Shown: piece after piece, positions 52,930 through 62,201 of the stretch | How positions within the stretch are numbered: position 1 is the first letter of the stretch | Layout of the letters: each line of letters begins with the position of its first letter | Assembly: GCA_964430505.1 (NCBI GenBank) | Contig: CAYSGH010000001.1 | Location: 43,677-107,676, forward strand | Direction: 5' to 3' | Source: an uncultured Akkermansia sp. | GTDB taxonomy: Bacteria; Verrucomicrobiota; Verrucomicrobiia; Limisphaerales; UBA9464 | Length of the DNA: 64,000 nt | Position numbers and translations under genes: made by a program | The notes under the pieces: model-generated | The model's database searches: none | Seen by the model: the letters and a program-made list of their open reading frames with translations, nothing else | Told to the model about the DNA's origin: nothing

Positions 52930-53071
52930 GGCCCGGCCATCACGCGACGCCCCTCAAGGGTTGGCAAGGCATTTCACTGGACTTGCGTTGCCATGACCCT
53001 TGCGTCGTCCCCATGCGCCCGCGTGCCCGGACTTGGCTCCCCAAGCCCGGGCCGACCCGTCCCCCGAACAG

Positions 53072-55192
53072 CTAGGTGGCCCGACGCCGCCATTTCGCGA
53101 CAAACATGCCGCTTCCCCCCGTTTCTTGCGGCCAAAACACCATGGACGCAGAAGGGGGGGCGTCGGCCTTGAACGGATTCGTGAATGGCAAAGGCTCGAA
53201 TTCCGCATGAGCCTTCAGGAAGGACTCGTAAACACCCAACGTTTCCGCGCGGGTTAGGGTGCAGACGGAATAGACCAACTGTCCGCCAGGCTTCACCGCC
53301 TCGGCGGCCCGTCCCAGCAACGCCAACTGGCGCGCGGCCAGCTCGTCGACGTCCTTGGGCTGCACCGTCCAGCGCGCATGTGGGTTGCGTCCCCACGTTC
53401 CCAGTCCCGTGCACGGCGCATCCACGAGCACCCCGTCGAACCCTCCCTCACCCGGGATGGGTTGCGCGTCCTCCCATGCCGCCCAGCGCACACCGCGTAG
53501 TTTCGCGCGCGAGATGCGTTGCTGGAGCCGGTCCAGCCGCCACTCGGCCCGGTCGGTCGCCAGGACCGTGCCCTTGCCCGCCAAAAGGTCGGCCAAGTGG
53601 AGCGTCTTGCCTCCTTCGCCAGCACACACGTCCCACCATCGTTCCTCCGTCGCAGGCGGCTTCGGCACGCAGCAATGGCCCACGGCCTGCGACGCGACAT
53701 CCTGGATCTCAAACTCGCCCTTGTGGAAGCCGGGCGTCTTGAACAGGTCCTTGAGCCCCCGGTATTCCACCGAGTCCGGTACCGGTCCCGGCACGGCGTC
53801 CGGGTCGCCCCCGAGCGCCGCCGCAACACCCACCCCCTGCCCCGGACGAGCACGCAGCCACAGGCGAGGCTCTCGTTGCAACGCCCGCAGCCATTCGACG
53901 GGCACGTCCATGGCCTCCCGAACCCAAGCGGGCACGGCGTGTGCCGCAAGGGCCTCGTCCTTCACGAAGCCGGGCTTGCGCGAATACGTGTCCGCAAAGC
54001 CCGTTGCCTGGTCGATGCGACGCTCCAGCGGAATCTCCGCGTCCAGCCAGCCTTGCCACCGGAAATACGCAAACACGGCTCGGCTGATCCAGCGCGTCTC
54101 CTCCGGCGACAGGCCGCTCGCCATCTTCATCGTGGAACGTAATTCCCGGTCCGCCGCCCTGTGGGGACCCGACCGCGCCACGATGCGGGCCGCCCATTGC
54201 ACCGGCGTCCGCTGCTGACGCGGCCGGGGGGGTTGGGTCGGCCGTTCGGCACCCGAAGCGCCTCCCTCGCGACGCTCGCCCGCATCCTGGCGCCCCCGGA
54301 ACCCACGATCTGGACGGGGTCCCCGACGCTCCCATGGGCGCGAACCCGCCACGGGACGGTCGCCTCCAAATCCGCCGCCCTGTTCGTCGCGGGGATCGTA
54401 GGGCCGTGTCGGCGGAGGTGAGGACGGGCCGTCCGCACCCCGTCCAAGGCCGGGTCCGGCGAAGCCCTCGGGCCGTTGCCAACCGGGGCGCGGGGGGCGG
54501 TCGCGAAACGGAGGTCGGTCACCGCCGCCGCCGCCGCCATCCCAGGGACGACGATACGAGGGACGTTCACCACCGCCTCGATCGTCGAACGGACGTCGGA
54601 AGGGAGGGCGGTCGCCACCTCGATCCTCGAAGGGCCGTCGGAAGGGAGGGCGACCACCTCCCCACGGCCGACCCTGCTGGTTGCCGGATCCGAAGGACGG
54701 ACGCGGCCCCCATGCGCCGCGAGGACGGTATCCACCCTCCGGCGCTCCGCCTGCATCGGGAGGAGTCCCGTCGGCCGGTCGGCCCCGGAACGGAGGACGC
54801 CCTTGCGGGCGGTCGTCGAAGGAGCGCTGGAAGGAGCGCTGGAAGGGCGGTCGGCCGCCGCCATCAGGCCGCGGGCGACCTTCCCACGGCCGACCTGCCG
54901 GAGGTCGATCTCCCGGTGGACGGTCTCCCTGCGGTCGAAATGGGGGACGGCTTGGCCTTCCGAAGCCTTGCCCTCCCCAAGGCCGCCGCTCGGGGGCCGC
55001 GCCACTTGGACGAGGCCCCGCCTCGGGCGCGCCGCCGGATTCCATGCCGGGCGCGCCCCGTTGCTGCCACGGCCGGGCTTGCCGTGGCCTTCCTCCTCGC
55101 ATGTCACCACCGTAGGGCCGTCGCGGGCCTGGCCCGGAGCGGTGGACCTTCTGCCAGAACGGGCGCTTTTGTCCGTCTTCGGGTGAATTCAT
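53072..55192 (-). CDS. RsmB/NOL1/NOP2/Sun-family RNA (cytosine-C5)-methyltransferase with ~330 aa Arg/Gly/Pro-rich N-terminal extension
   Basis: C-terminal MTase motifs: EIQDVASQ, WDVCAGEGGKT, DGVLVDAPCTGLGTWGRNP, LVYSVCT. The N-terminal 330 aa are low-complexity with DRPPFRRPF(E/D)DRGG repeats. The start ATG overlaps the upstream stop (ATGA at 55189-55192). Confidence 0.7.
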   Translation of the reverse strand: MNSPEDGQKRPFWQKVHRSGPGPRRPYGGDMRGGRPRQARPWQQRGAPGMESGGAPEAGPRPSGAAPERRPWGGQGFGRPSRPPFRPQGDRPPGDRPPAGRPWEGRPRPDGGGRPPFQRSFQRSFDDRPQGRPPFRGRPADGTPPDAGGAPEGGYRPRGAWGPRPSFGSGNQQGRPWGGGRPPFRRPFEDRGGDRPPFRRPFDDRGGGERPSYRRPWDGGGGGGDRPPFRDRPPRPGWQRPEGFAGPGLGRGADGPSSPPPTRPYDPRDEQGGGFGGDRPVAGSRPWERRGPRPDRGFRGRQDAGERREGGASGAERPTQPPRPRQQRTPVQWAARIVARSGPHRAADRELRSTMKMASGLSPEETRWISRAVFAYFRWQGWLDAEIPLERRIDQATGFADTYSRKPGFVKDEALAAHAVPAWVREAMDVPVEWLRALQREPRLWLRARPGQGVGVAAALGGDPDAVPGPVPDSVEYRGLKDLFKTPGFHKGEFEIQDVASQAVGHCCVPKPPATEERWWDVCAGEGGKTLHLADLLAGKGTVLATDRAEWRLDRLQQRISRAKLRGVRWAAWEDAQPIPGEGGFDGVLVDAPCTGLGTWGRNPHARWTVQPKDVDELAARQLALLGRAAEAVKPGGQLVYSVCTLTRAETLGVYESFLKAHAEFEPLPFTNPFKADAPPSASMVFWPQETGGSGMFVAKWRRRAT
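54570..54653. repeat. 42-bp tandem duplication inside the RsmB-like N-terminal extension
   Basis: CCTCGATCGTCGAACGGACGTCGGAAGGGAGGGCG starts at 54576 and CCTCGATCCTCGAAGGGCCGTCGGAAGGGAGGGCG at 54618, an offset of 42 nt. Together they encode two 14-aa RPPFRRPF(E/D)DRGG(D/G) units. Confidence 0.8.
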
Positions 55193-56034
55193 GGCTTGGA
55201 GGCCGCTGGGGCCTTGATGCGGTCTGCGTGGATGCGTGCGACGATTCCCATGTAGTTGTCTTTTTCTGAAAGCTCGGCGGCCCTGCGAATGTGCAGGTCG
55301 CGCTTGGGCAGGTCTTGCGTGGCCTCAAAATAAAGGCCGAGGTATAGGTGCGCGTAGAATTCCTGGTCGCGGCGCACGTCGGCGTCCATGGACTTGGACG
55401 CCGCCTGGAGCACCGCTTCGGCGCTCACCTTCCCCGCAAACAAGCCCTGTACCTCGCGCATCGGCACGCGCGGGTCGCGGTCGATGGCAATGAGCCCCTT
55501 GCGTGCGGCCTCGATCCCCTGCTCGCGGGCCGTGCAGAGGAAGTGCCACGCTGCGTTCTCGACGTCCTGCGTGTTGAAGGTCTGGTGGGTCTCGAACTGG
55601 AGCCTCCCGTCCTTGAAGCGCCCGGCGTAATACAGCGCAATCCCACGCTGCCAGTTCTGTGGAACGAGCTTGGGCGCGAGCTCGTTGGCTCGGTCGAAGT
55701 CCTTCACCGAGTCCTCGATGCGCCCCAGTCGAAACCGCAACTGGGCCCGCGTCTGGTGCAACGACGCCGAGTCCGGCTCGAGCTGGATCGCGGCCGAAAG
55801 ATCCTCGTCCGCCAAGGCATGCTGGCCCGTCATGGAGCGCATTTGCGCGCGCAGGTTGAACAAGCGCGCGTTCCGAGGCTCCTCCTGGATGGCCGCCGCC
55901 GCCGCCGCCATGGCGTCGTCCACCTTGCCAGCACGCCACAAAGCCACCACGCCTTCGATTCGGTTCGTGTCGGCCGCCTGCATCACCCAAGCCAGCAGGC
56001 CCAGGGCAACGAATCGTAGGAACACGCGTCTCAT
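55189..56034 (-). CDS. TPR repeat protein, secreted/lipoprotein-like
   Basis: ATG at 56034 gives MRRVFLRFVALGLLAWVMQA. TPR-like helical repeats follow (ARLFNLRAQMRSMTGQHALADEDLSAAIQLEP...). Confidence 0.65.
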   Translation of the reverse strand: MRRVFLRFVALGLLAWVMQAADTNRIEGVVALWRAGKVDDAMAAAAAAIQEEPRNARLFNLRAQMRSMTGQHALADEDLSAAIQLEPDSASLHQTRAQLRFRLGRIEDSVKDFDRANELAPKLVPQNWQRGIALYYAGRFKDGRLQFETHQTFNTQDVENAAWHFLCTAREQGIEAARKGLIAIDRDPRVPMREVQGLFAGKVSAEAVLQAASKSMDADVRRDQEFYAHLYLGLYFEATQDLPKRDLHIRRAAELSEKDNYMGIVARIHADRIKAPAASKP

Positions 56035-56798
56035 GACCCCGAGGCTACTGCCCCGACCGGCCATGCGTCCAAGGGTTCCCACCCCAACAATGCGCGGGCC
56101 GGCTCCGGGTCAAAGACCCACTGCCCCAACGGACGACTCGTCCCGAAGATGACGTGATGCCCCCGGGGCACGGGCCGGGTGACGGCCGCCAGCACCAACG
56201 CGCCCGCATCGCCGGGACTGAGGTACGTGTCCTGCGCGATGGTCTCAGCCTCGATCTGCCCGACTTGCACCGCATCCCTCGGGCACCAGCCCAGCCGGAT
56301 CGAAAGGACCTCCAAGCCATGGTCGCGCGCATGGGAGTACCCGGCGGATTCGAGAAATACCTTCGTCGCCGCGTACCAATGCAAGGGCGTGATGGGGTCC
56401 GTCACGCGCACCGGCCACGGTCCCTCGCGGGACTGGCGGAGGTTGACCTGGATGCTGCTGGCCAAGACCCACCGCCGGATCCCTGCCCGCGTCGCCGCCG
56501 AGAGGACACGTTCCAGCCCGACGACATTGTTGGGGACCAATGATTCCTCGAAGGGCGCGTCGTCCGGCGTCGCCGCCAAGTGCACCAGCGCCCGTGCTCC
56601 AGCCATGGCCCGATCCAAGGCCGCAACGTTGCACAGGTCTGCAACGACTGCATCCGGCCGACCCGGGAATGGGACGCGGTCCAGCAAGCGGGTGGGAACG
56701 CCCGCGTCGGCCAGGGCCCGGACGACGGCCCTTCCAATGCGACCGGAGGAGCCCGTCACGAGCACCAGCTCGGCGGGCGTTTCGGAGGGATGGCTCAT
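56031..56798 (-). CDS. NAD-dependent epimerase/dehydratase family protein
   Basis: ATG at 56798. VLVTGSSGRIGRAV (GxxGxxG) and YAATK (YxxxK). Confidence 0.75.
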   Translation of the reverse strand: MSHPSETPAELVLVTGSSGRIGRAVVRALADAGVPTRLLDRVPFPGRPDAVVADLCNVAALDRAMAGARALVHLAATPDDAPFEESLVPNNVVGLERVLSAATRAGIRRWVLASSIQVNLRQSREGPWPVRVTDPITPLHWYAATKVFLESAGYSHARDHGLEVLSIRLGWCPRDAVQVGQIEAETIAQDTYLSPGDAGALVLAAVTRPVPRGHHVIFGTSRPLGQWVFDPEPARALLGWEPLDAWPVGAVASGS

Positions 56799-57493
56799 GC
56801 GGCGCAACCCGGTGCGGTCAACGCATGGCCGTTGCAGGAGCCGTCGAGGCGCAACAGCCACGGCGCCACGCGGCGCGCCCAGTCTCCAGGTCCCTCAAAC
56901 GACGCCGCGTTGCCCGGCCAGCACAGGCGCAGCATGTCGGTGTCAATGATGCCAGGGTTAAGGGCCACCACGCCGATGCCCGGTGGCACTTCCTGGGCCA
57001 TCGCCTGCGAAAGCCCTTCCACCGCCCACTTCGACGCGCAGTACGGAGCAACGCCGGCGTCCGATGTACGTCCCCAGCCCGAGCTGAAGTTCACCCACAC
57101 CCCGGATCCGCGCCGGACCATGGACGGAAGGAAGTGGCGGGCCATGTTGGCGATGCCATCGACGTTGACCGCCATCAACTGCCTGAACTCGGCGGCGCCC
57201 ACGGACCAGATCGGCCCGGGCCGGTTCATCAACGCGGCGTTGTTCAGGACCAGATCCGGCACGTCGAACTCGGCCAGCATGCGGCGAGCCCAGCAATGCA
57301 CCTGGACGTCATCCGAGACATCCACGGCCGACAGGCAATGGGGCGGGCCATGCGCGGCTTGGAGAGCATGGATGTCCTCCGCCGACCGCGAGCAGCCCAG
57401 GACTCGATGGCCCAAGGCGTCGAACTCAGACAGCAACGCGCGGCCCAGACCGCGGGCGACCCCGGTCAGAAGGATGGTCTTCACGGGGAACAC
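56795..57493 (-). CDS. SDR family oxidoreductase
   Basis: 3' part of ORF 56795..58336. Only GTG starts (57493 or 57484) fit downstream of the acnA stop. LLTGVARGLGRAL (TGxxxGxG), NNAA, YCASK (YxxxK). Confidence 0.75.
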   Translation of the reverse strand: MFPVKTILLTGVARGLGRALLSEFDALGHRVLGCSRSAEDIHALQAAHGPPHCLSAVDVSDDVQVHCWARRMLAEFDVPDLVLNNAALMNRPGPIWSVGAAEFRQLMAVNVDGIANMARHFLPSMVRRGSGVWVNFSSGWGRTSDAGVAPYCASKWAVEGLSQAMAQEVPPGIGVVALNPGIIDTDMLRLCWPGNAASFEGPGDWARRVAPWLLRLDGSCNGHALTAPGCAA

Positions 57494-57507
57494 CCGGGAT
57501 TGCGGCG

Positions 57508-60216
57508 TCAGGCCTTGGCAACGAGCTGCCGGAGGACGAACGGCAGGATCCCGCCATGCTGGTAGTATTCGATCTCGATGGGCGTATCGATGCGGCAACG
57601 CACCGGCACGTCGAGCACGGACCCGTCCTTGCGCGTGACGCGGAGGACCAGGTCCTGCTGAGGCTTCAACGAAGCCCCGAGGCCCACGACGTCGTAGGAC
57701 TCGCCGCCATCGAGGCCCAAGGACTGAGCCGTCGTGCCCTCCTTGAACTGGAGCGGCAACACGCCCATGCCGACGAGGTTGGATCGATGAATCCGCTCGA
57801 AGCTCTGGGCCACGACCGCACGGACGCCGAGGAGCGCCGTGCCCTTGGCAGCCCAATCGCGGCTCGAGCCCGTGCCGTATTCCTGCCCGGCAAGAATCAC
57901 CAGCGGCGTGCCGCGCTTGCGGTATTCCACCGCCGCGTCGTAGATGGCCAGCTTGCTGCCCTCGGGTTGCAGCAACGTGTTGCCGCCCTCGTCGCCGCCC
58001 AGCATCAGGTTCTTGATTCGGACGTTGGCGAACGTGCCGCGCGTCATCACGCGGTCGTTGCCCCGTCGGCTGCCATAGCTGTTGAAGTCCTCGAGGGCGA
58101 CCTGGTTCTCCACCAGGTAACGACCGGCCGGGGACGACTTCTTGATCGAGCCAGCCGGCGAGATGTGGTCGGTCGTCACCGAGTCGCCGAAGATGCCCAG
58201 CGCCCGAGCACCTCGAATCTCGCCGGTCGATCCCGGCTGGAGGGAAAAGTCCGCGAAGAAGGGCGGCTCCTGGATGTACGTGGACGCCGTGTCCCACGCA
58301 TAGACGAGGCCCGGCGTCGCCGGAATCTCGTTCCACTTGGGGTTTTGCGCCGCGAAGTCCGTGTACAAGCGGCGGAAAATCTCGGGCTTCAGCGCCGATT
58401 GCATCGCCTCACGCACCTCGGCGAGCGTCGGCCAGATGTCGGCGAGGTACACCGGCACGGCGTCCTTGCCGATGCCGATGGGCTCGCAGGTCATGTCGAT
58501 GTCCACCGTGCCAGCGAGCGCGAACGCGACGACAAGCGGCGGTGACATCAGGAAGTTGGCCTTGATGGACTGGTGGACGCGCGCCTCGAAGTTGCGGTTG
58601 CCGGAGAGCACGGAGGCGGCCACGAGATCGTTCTTGACGACGGCCTCCTCCAGGGGCGCCGCAAGCGGGCCTGAGTTGCCAATGCACGTCGTGCAACCGT
58701 AGCCTACCACCTGGAATCCAAGTTGGTCGAGGTACGGCTGGAGCCCGGTCTTGGACAGGTAGTCGGAAACAACGCGCGAGCCCGGAGCCAATGACGACTT
58801 GACGGCGGGGTTCGGCCGGAGGCCCCTCTCCACGGCATTCTTGGCAAGCAATCCTGCCGCCAACATCACGCTGGGGTTCGATGTGTTGGTGCAGCTCGTG
58901 ATGGCGGCAATGAGCACCGACCCATGCCCCAGGCGCACCGATCCGCCCTCCAAGGCCACGTCCGCCCCCTTCGTCAGGAACTCTCCCCGGGCCTTGCCAA
59001 AGCCGTTGTCGGTCACAGGCCTGCCAAACGCTTGGAAAAACTCCCGCTTCATGTTGCCCAGCTCGATCCGGTCCTGGGGGCGCTTCGGCCCCGCAACGGA
59101 CGGTTGCACGGTAGCCAAGTCCAGCTTCAGCACTTGCGAGTAGTCCACCTCACCCTCCTGCGGGATGCCCCACATTTCCTGCGCCTTGTAATAGTTCTCG
59201 TAGGCCACGCAATGGTCCTCCGGACGGCCCGTGGCTCGCAGGTAGCTGACAGTCTCGCCGTCGATCGGGAAGAATCCCATCGTCGCGCCGTATTCCGGCG
59301 CCATGTTGGCGATCGTTGCCCGGTCCACCGCAGGCAGGGCCGCCGCGCCCGGGCCGAAGTATTCCACGAACTTGCCCACCACCTTGGCCTTGCGCAGAAG
59401 CTGCGTGAGGGTCAGCGCCAGGTCCGTTGCCGTCACTCCCTCGCGCAAGGCACCCGTCAAGTGAACCCCCACCACGTCCGGCGTCAGGAAGTACACCGGC
59501 TGCCCCAGCATCCCAGCCTCGGCCTCAATGCCGCCCACGCCCCACCCAACGATGCCCAGTCCGTTGATCATCGTCGTGTGCGAATCCGTGCCCACCAGCG
59601 TGTCAGGGTAGTACACGTCGCCTTGGTTGAGCACCCCCTTGGCCAAGTATTCGAGGTTGACCTGATGGACGATCCCGATGCCGGGAGGGACGACCTTGAA
59701 GGTATCGAAGGCCTGCATGCCCCACTTGAGCAACTGGTAGCGCTCACGGTTGCGATGAAACTCCAGGTCGAGGTTGCGCCCCAACGCGTCCGCCGTGCCC
59801 GCAAAGTCCACCTGCACGGAATGGTCCACGACCAAGTCCACCGGCACCAAGGGCTCGATGATCTTCGGGTTTTTCCCCAGCCGCTGCACCGCAGAGCGCA
59901 TCGCCGCCAAATCCACCAGCAGCGGCACGCCCGTGAAGTCCTGCAGCACGATGCGCGCCACCACGAAGGGAATCTCCGCCGTGCGCGCCTCAACAGGTTT
60001 CCACGCCGCCAACTCGCGCACGCTCGACTCCTGCACCTTCAGCCCGTCGCAGTTGCGCAAGACCGACTCCAACACCAGCCGGATGGACACGGGGAGCCTC
60101 CGGACTGGCAGGCCTAGGGCACGGCCCAACGCGGGGATGGAGCAAAGCCTGCCTTTCCGGCCGTCTCCAAGTTCAAAGGACTGAAGAGTACCAAGATAAT
60201 CGTGAGGGGTGATCAT
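57508..60216 (-). CDS. acnA: Aconitate hydratase A
   Basis: 902 aa. [63 protein letters not shown]. Confidence 0.95.
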   Translation of the reverse strand: MITPHDYLGTLQSFELGDGRKGRLCSIPALGRALGLPVRRLPVSIRLVLESVLRNCDGLKVQESSVRELAAWKPVEARTAEIPFVVARIVLQDFTGVPLLVDLAAMRSAVQRLGKNPKIIEPLVPVDLVVDHSVQVDFAGTADALGRNLDLEFHRNRERYQLLKWGMQAFDTFKVVPPGIGIVHQVNLEYLAKGVLNQGDVYYPDTLVGTDSHTTMINGLGIVGWGVGGIEAEAGMLGQPVYFLTPDVVGVHLTGALREGVTATDLALTLTQLLRKAKVVGKFVEYFGPGAAALPAVDRATIANMAPEYGATMGFFPIDGETVSYLRATGRPEDHCVAYENYYKAQEMWGIPQEGEVDYSQVLKLDLATVQPSVAGPKRPQDRIELGNMKREFFQAFGRPVTDNGFGKARGEFLTKGADVALEGGSVRLGHGSVLIAAITSCTNTSNPSVMLAAGLLAKNAVERGLRPNPAVKSSLAPGSRVVSDYLSKTGLQPYLDQLGFQVVGYGCTTCIGNSGPLAAPLEEAVVKNDLVAASVLSGNRNFEARVHQSIKANFLMSPPLVVAFALAGTVDIDMTCEPIGIGKDAVPVYLADIWPTLAEVREAMQSALKPEIFRRLYTDFAAQNPKWNEIPATPGLVYAWDTASTYIQEPPFFADFSLQPGSTGEIRGARALGIFGDSVTTDHISPAGSIKKSSPAGRYLVENQVALEDFNSYGSRRGNDRVMTRGTFANVRIKNLMLGGDEGGNTLLQPEGSKLAIYDAAVEYRKRGTPLVILAGQEYGTGSSRDWAAKGTALLGVRAVVAQSFERIHRSNLVGMGVLPLQFKEGTTAQSLGLDGGESYDVVGLGASLKPQQDLVLRVTRKDGSVLDVPVRCRIDTPIEIEYYQHGGILPFVLRQLVAKA

Positions 60217-60764
60217 GTGCTCGAAATGCTCCGAGATTTCCGGGACGAAGATGTACGCCTGTCCAAGTTTTCCAAGGCAGCGAGGCCATCGTGAAGAGAC
60301 CCCGCAAGACCGTCAAGCGAGTGACTTTCGCAAGGGGACTTCTAGCCAACTGGTGCCCGACAGAAAGGCGCCGGCCGCCATGGGTTTGCCGGGGTGGGAC
60401 GGTCGGCAAGACCAACAACACGGCGGTCGGCGCCAAATTCTGCGGGTGCCCTTCGGCACCGATCCTTGCTCGCTAGCAACTGTTTGCAGCCACGAAGCGA
60501 GGGACCGGCCATGGTTACCCCCACAAACTTGCACGATGGGCAGCGGGGCATTCCATGCCGGAATTAAGCTGCGCTCTGCCCTTCTTCCGACACCACGTGC
60601 TTAAGTCATGCCAAGTCATGAGATGCCGATTCCTGCATCCCGGAAATGCATGGGAACCAGGCTGCTGGGACTGCTGGGCCATGGCCCGCCCAGCTTGAAG
60701 GCCATCGACAGGGCTTGCGTCTCGGAGGTCCGGAACGGCGCGAGGCGATGCAATGGGCTAATGG

Positions 60765-62201
60765 GTGACCAACGTGCGGCAAAAAATTGCCCAACGCCAT
60801 GTCGCGATGTCGATGCCGACCCGCTTGCTCCACATCCCGGGGCCACGATACAAGCCAAGCATGTACCAGCGCGTGACGGCGTTTGTCATCGTGATCATGG
60901 GAGTCTTCACCGTGCTTGTATGGGCGGGTTGGATGGCATGGGACACGGCCGACCAAATCGCCTTCCAGCTGTCCAGGGACCGCCTGCAGACGCTTCGAAT
61001 GGGAGATACGTTTGGAGCCGACATCCATGAGTTGAGGTCGCATTTTCGTCGGTATGAGGCCACGCGCAACGAGGCCCACTGGGCGCAATTCTTGGAGGAC
61101 GCGCGACGCATCGCGGACCGAATCCAAGATGAGGCGCACCTGGCGTCGGGCCATGAGGGTGCTGCAATAACCGCATTGAAGTCCGACCTCGACGAATACG
61201 TCGCGGCGTCCTCCAAGGTCCACGTTCAACTCCTGAGTGAGGCATCGCGGGATGATCTGGCGCGGACGTTGGCGGAACTGGGCGACATGGCCTCCGACAT
61301 GGCCGCTGACCTGCGGCAAATCGTGTCTCTCCGGCAGAGGGTGCTGGAGGAAAACCTCGCGGCCGCCCGCTCTAGGTTCGCCCGGTTGGTGACGATTGCC
61401 GCTACCTCGTTTTGGCTCACCGTCGTGCTGATCATCGTGCTGGCAACCATCGTCTGGAGGGGATTGGTTCGCAGCCTGCAACGTCAATTGATTGCCAGCG
61501 AGGACGTGGCGCGACGAAGCGAGAAGCTTGCGTCGCTGGGCATCCTCGCCGCCGGCCTTGCCCATGAGGTCCGCAATCCGCTTACCGCCATCAAGGCGCG
61601 ACTCTTCATCCAGCAACGAGGCCTTCCAGCGCACAGCCCAGCGTTGGAGGATGCGCGCATCATCGACCGCGAAATCAACCGCCTGGAAGGCATCGTGCGC
61701 ACGGTGCTGGCGTTCGCTCGACCGACGCCCCCGGAACCCGTCGAGGTCGATCCGGCGCAGGTGCTGGACCAAGTACGCCAACTCGTCCTTGCGGACTGTG
61801 CCAGGCAAGACATCAGGATTTCCTTGGAATGCGCCAGCCACTTGCCGTTTCGAGCGGATGCCGCCCAAGTCCACCAGGTGATCCTCAACCTCGTCCGGAA
61901 TGCCGTCGAAGCCGTGGGCCAGGGAGGCAACATCCACCTCAGCGTGCGACAGGCCATGCGAAGGTTTGGCGACCGCTTGCGGCCCGGAGTGGTGATTCAA
62001 ATCGAAGACGACGGCCCTGGCATTCCGCCCACGGTGCAGGAAAGACTCTTTGACCCGTTCTTCACCACCAAGCCCGAAGGCACAGGCTTGGGCCTCGCCA
62101 TTTCTGCGCGGATCGTCGAAGGAAACGGGGGCTTGCTAGAGTTTGCTTCCCAGGCCGGACGTGGGACGCTCTTTGCTGTGGTGTTTCCGGCAATTCCATG
62201 A
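60765..62201 (+). CDS. Sensor histidine kinase (NtrB/AtoS-like)
   Basis: The start given is GTG; in-frame ATGs at 60807 and 60813 are alternatives. Two TM segments, H-box LAHEVRNPLTAI, G1 DDGPGIP, G2 GTGLGLAIS. Confidence 0.8.
   Translation: MTNVRQKIAQRHVAMSMPTRLLHIPGPRYKPSMYQRVTAFVIVIMGVFTVLVWAGWMAWDTADQIAFQLSRDRLQTLRMGDTFGADIHELRSHFRRYEATRNEAHWAQFLEDARRIADRIQDEAHLASGHEGAAITALKSDLDEYVAASSKVHVQLLSEASRDDLARTLAELGDMASDMAADLRQIVSLRQRVLEENLAAARSRFARLVTIAATSFWLTVVLIIVLATIVWRGLVRSLQRQLIASEDVARRSEKLASLGILAAGLAHEVRNPLTAIKARLFIQQRGLPAHSPALEDARIIDREINRLEGIVRTVLAFARPTPPEPVEVDPAQVLDQVRQLVLADCARQDIRISLECASHLPFRADAAQVHQVILNLVRNAVEAVGQGGNIHLSVRQAMRRFGDRLRPGVVIQIEDDGPGIPPTVQERLFDPFFTTKPEGTGLGLAISARIVEGNGGLLEFASQAGRGTLFAVVFPAIP

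Noticed and set aside
50473-53172. 899-aa + strand ORF antisense to the 955-aa secreted protein gene
   Set aside because: Highly G/A/V/R/D-rich shadow frame. The minus-strand frame has a signal peptide, varied composition and a terminator after its stop.
54127-55269. Alternative frames over the RsmB-like N-terminal extension (54127..55110 minus, 54334..55269 +, 54476..55186 +)
   Set aside because: All are R/G/P-rich like the chosen frame, but only the chosen frame is continuous with the methyltransferase domain and has a coupled ATG. The residual uncertainty is flagged in the corresponding finding.
60455-60469. Sigma-54-like element cGGCACcgatccTTGCt upstream of the kinase gene
   Set aside because: The spacing between the GG and GC dinucleotides is 11 nt rather than the invariant 10, and the element lies about 300 nt from the start codon.
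60650-60666. TGGGAAccaggcTGCTg with correct GG-N10-GC spacing about 100 nt upstream of the kinase gene
   Set aside because: Only the GG and GC dinucleotides match. The flanking consensus positions (TGGCAC / TTGCW) are poor, so it is indistinguishable from chance in GC-rich DNA.
60715-60750. GGUCCGGAA segment resembling the SRP RNA helix-8 tetraloop region
   Set aside because: The flanking sequence lacks the conserved AGCAGCC strand and any matching stem, so this is a chance match.
60606-62000. 464-aa minus-strand ORF antisense to the histidine kinase gene
   Set aside because: The + strand carries H-box, G1 and G2 kinase motifs, and the antisense frame has none.
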